Positions 63,952 to 64,000 of a stretch of DNA of 64,000 bases are shown here, in pieces. The DNA comes from Ginglymostoma cirratum (Eukaryota). Position numbers and translations under genes: made by a program. Location of the stretch: assembly GCA_024137785.1 (NCBI GenBank), contig JAHRHZ010000140.1:34955047-35019046 (forward strand), given 5' to 3'. Numbering within the stretch: position 1 is the stretch's first letter; each line of letters starts with the position of its first letter. The notes under the pieces are model-generated. The model was not told the DNA's origin, did not search any database, and worked only from the letters and a program-made list of their open reading frames with translations.

Positions 63952-64000
63952 GTCCTTTGTTGGCATCACATTACAAATTTCATGCAATATATCCAGCATA

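Noticed and set aside
40913-64000. The next INPP5A coding exon
   Set aside because: No splice-bounded segment encoding the expected continuation was found by eye. It probably lies beyond the window, though a diverged exon could have been missed.
1-64000. CRISPR array, rRNA or prokaryotic operon
   Set aside because: There are no regularly spaced repeats, no rRNA-like sequence and no gene-dense organisation; the window is eukaryotic intronic DNA.

Overview
AT-rich, CpG-depleted, repeat-rich vertebrate DNA. HE1 SINEs, Deu-domain SINEs and CR1 LINEs point to an elasmobranch (shark or ray); the species cannot be determined from sequence alone. The window lies inside a + strand inositol-polyphosphate 5-phosphatase A (INPP5A-like) gene. 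Three phase-compatible coding exons (1459-1511, 7123-7242, 40828-40912; 53, 120 and 85 bp) splice to CKWSRKGFIRTRWSVTDC-AFDLVNIHLFHDASNLIAWETSPSVYSGTRQKALTYVLDR-ITDQRYEKVPHFLFGDFNFRLDSKGVIE. I found no further exon before 64000. The introns hold many CR1, L2 and SINE fragments, one young CR1 with a target-site duplication (TSD), a fossil two-gene PIF/Harbinger transposon, a Tigger-like MITE and several enhancer-like non-repetitive blocks. The most striking signal is a dispersed set of short Penelope-like-element (PLE) termini. Each carries a minimal hammerhead-ribozyme-like motif (CTGAnGA-stemII-GAAAC-GTH), often in a fold-back arrangement, and one is still attached to a GIY-YIG endonuclease remnant. 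Every copy has core mutations, so these are probably decayed members of an active family. There is also a four-level nested insertion and a roughly 98%-identical 311-bp local templated duplication. Most of the supplied ORFs are chance ORFs or transposon remnants. Repeat boundaries are approximate and were read by eye.
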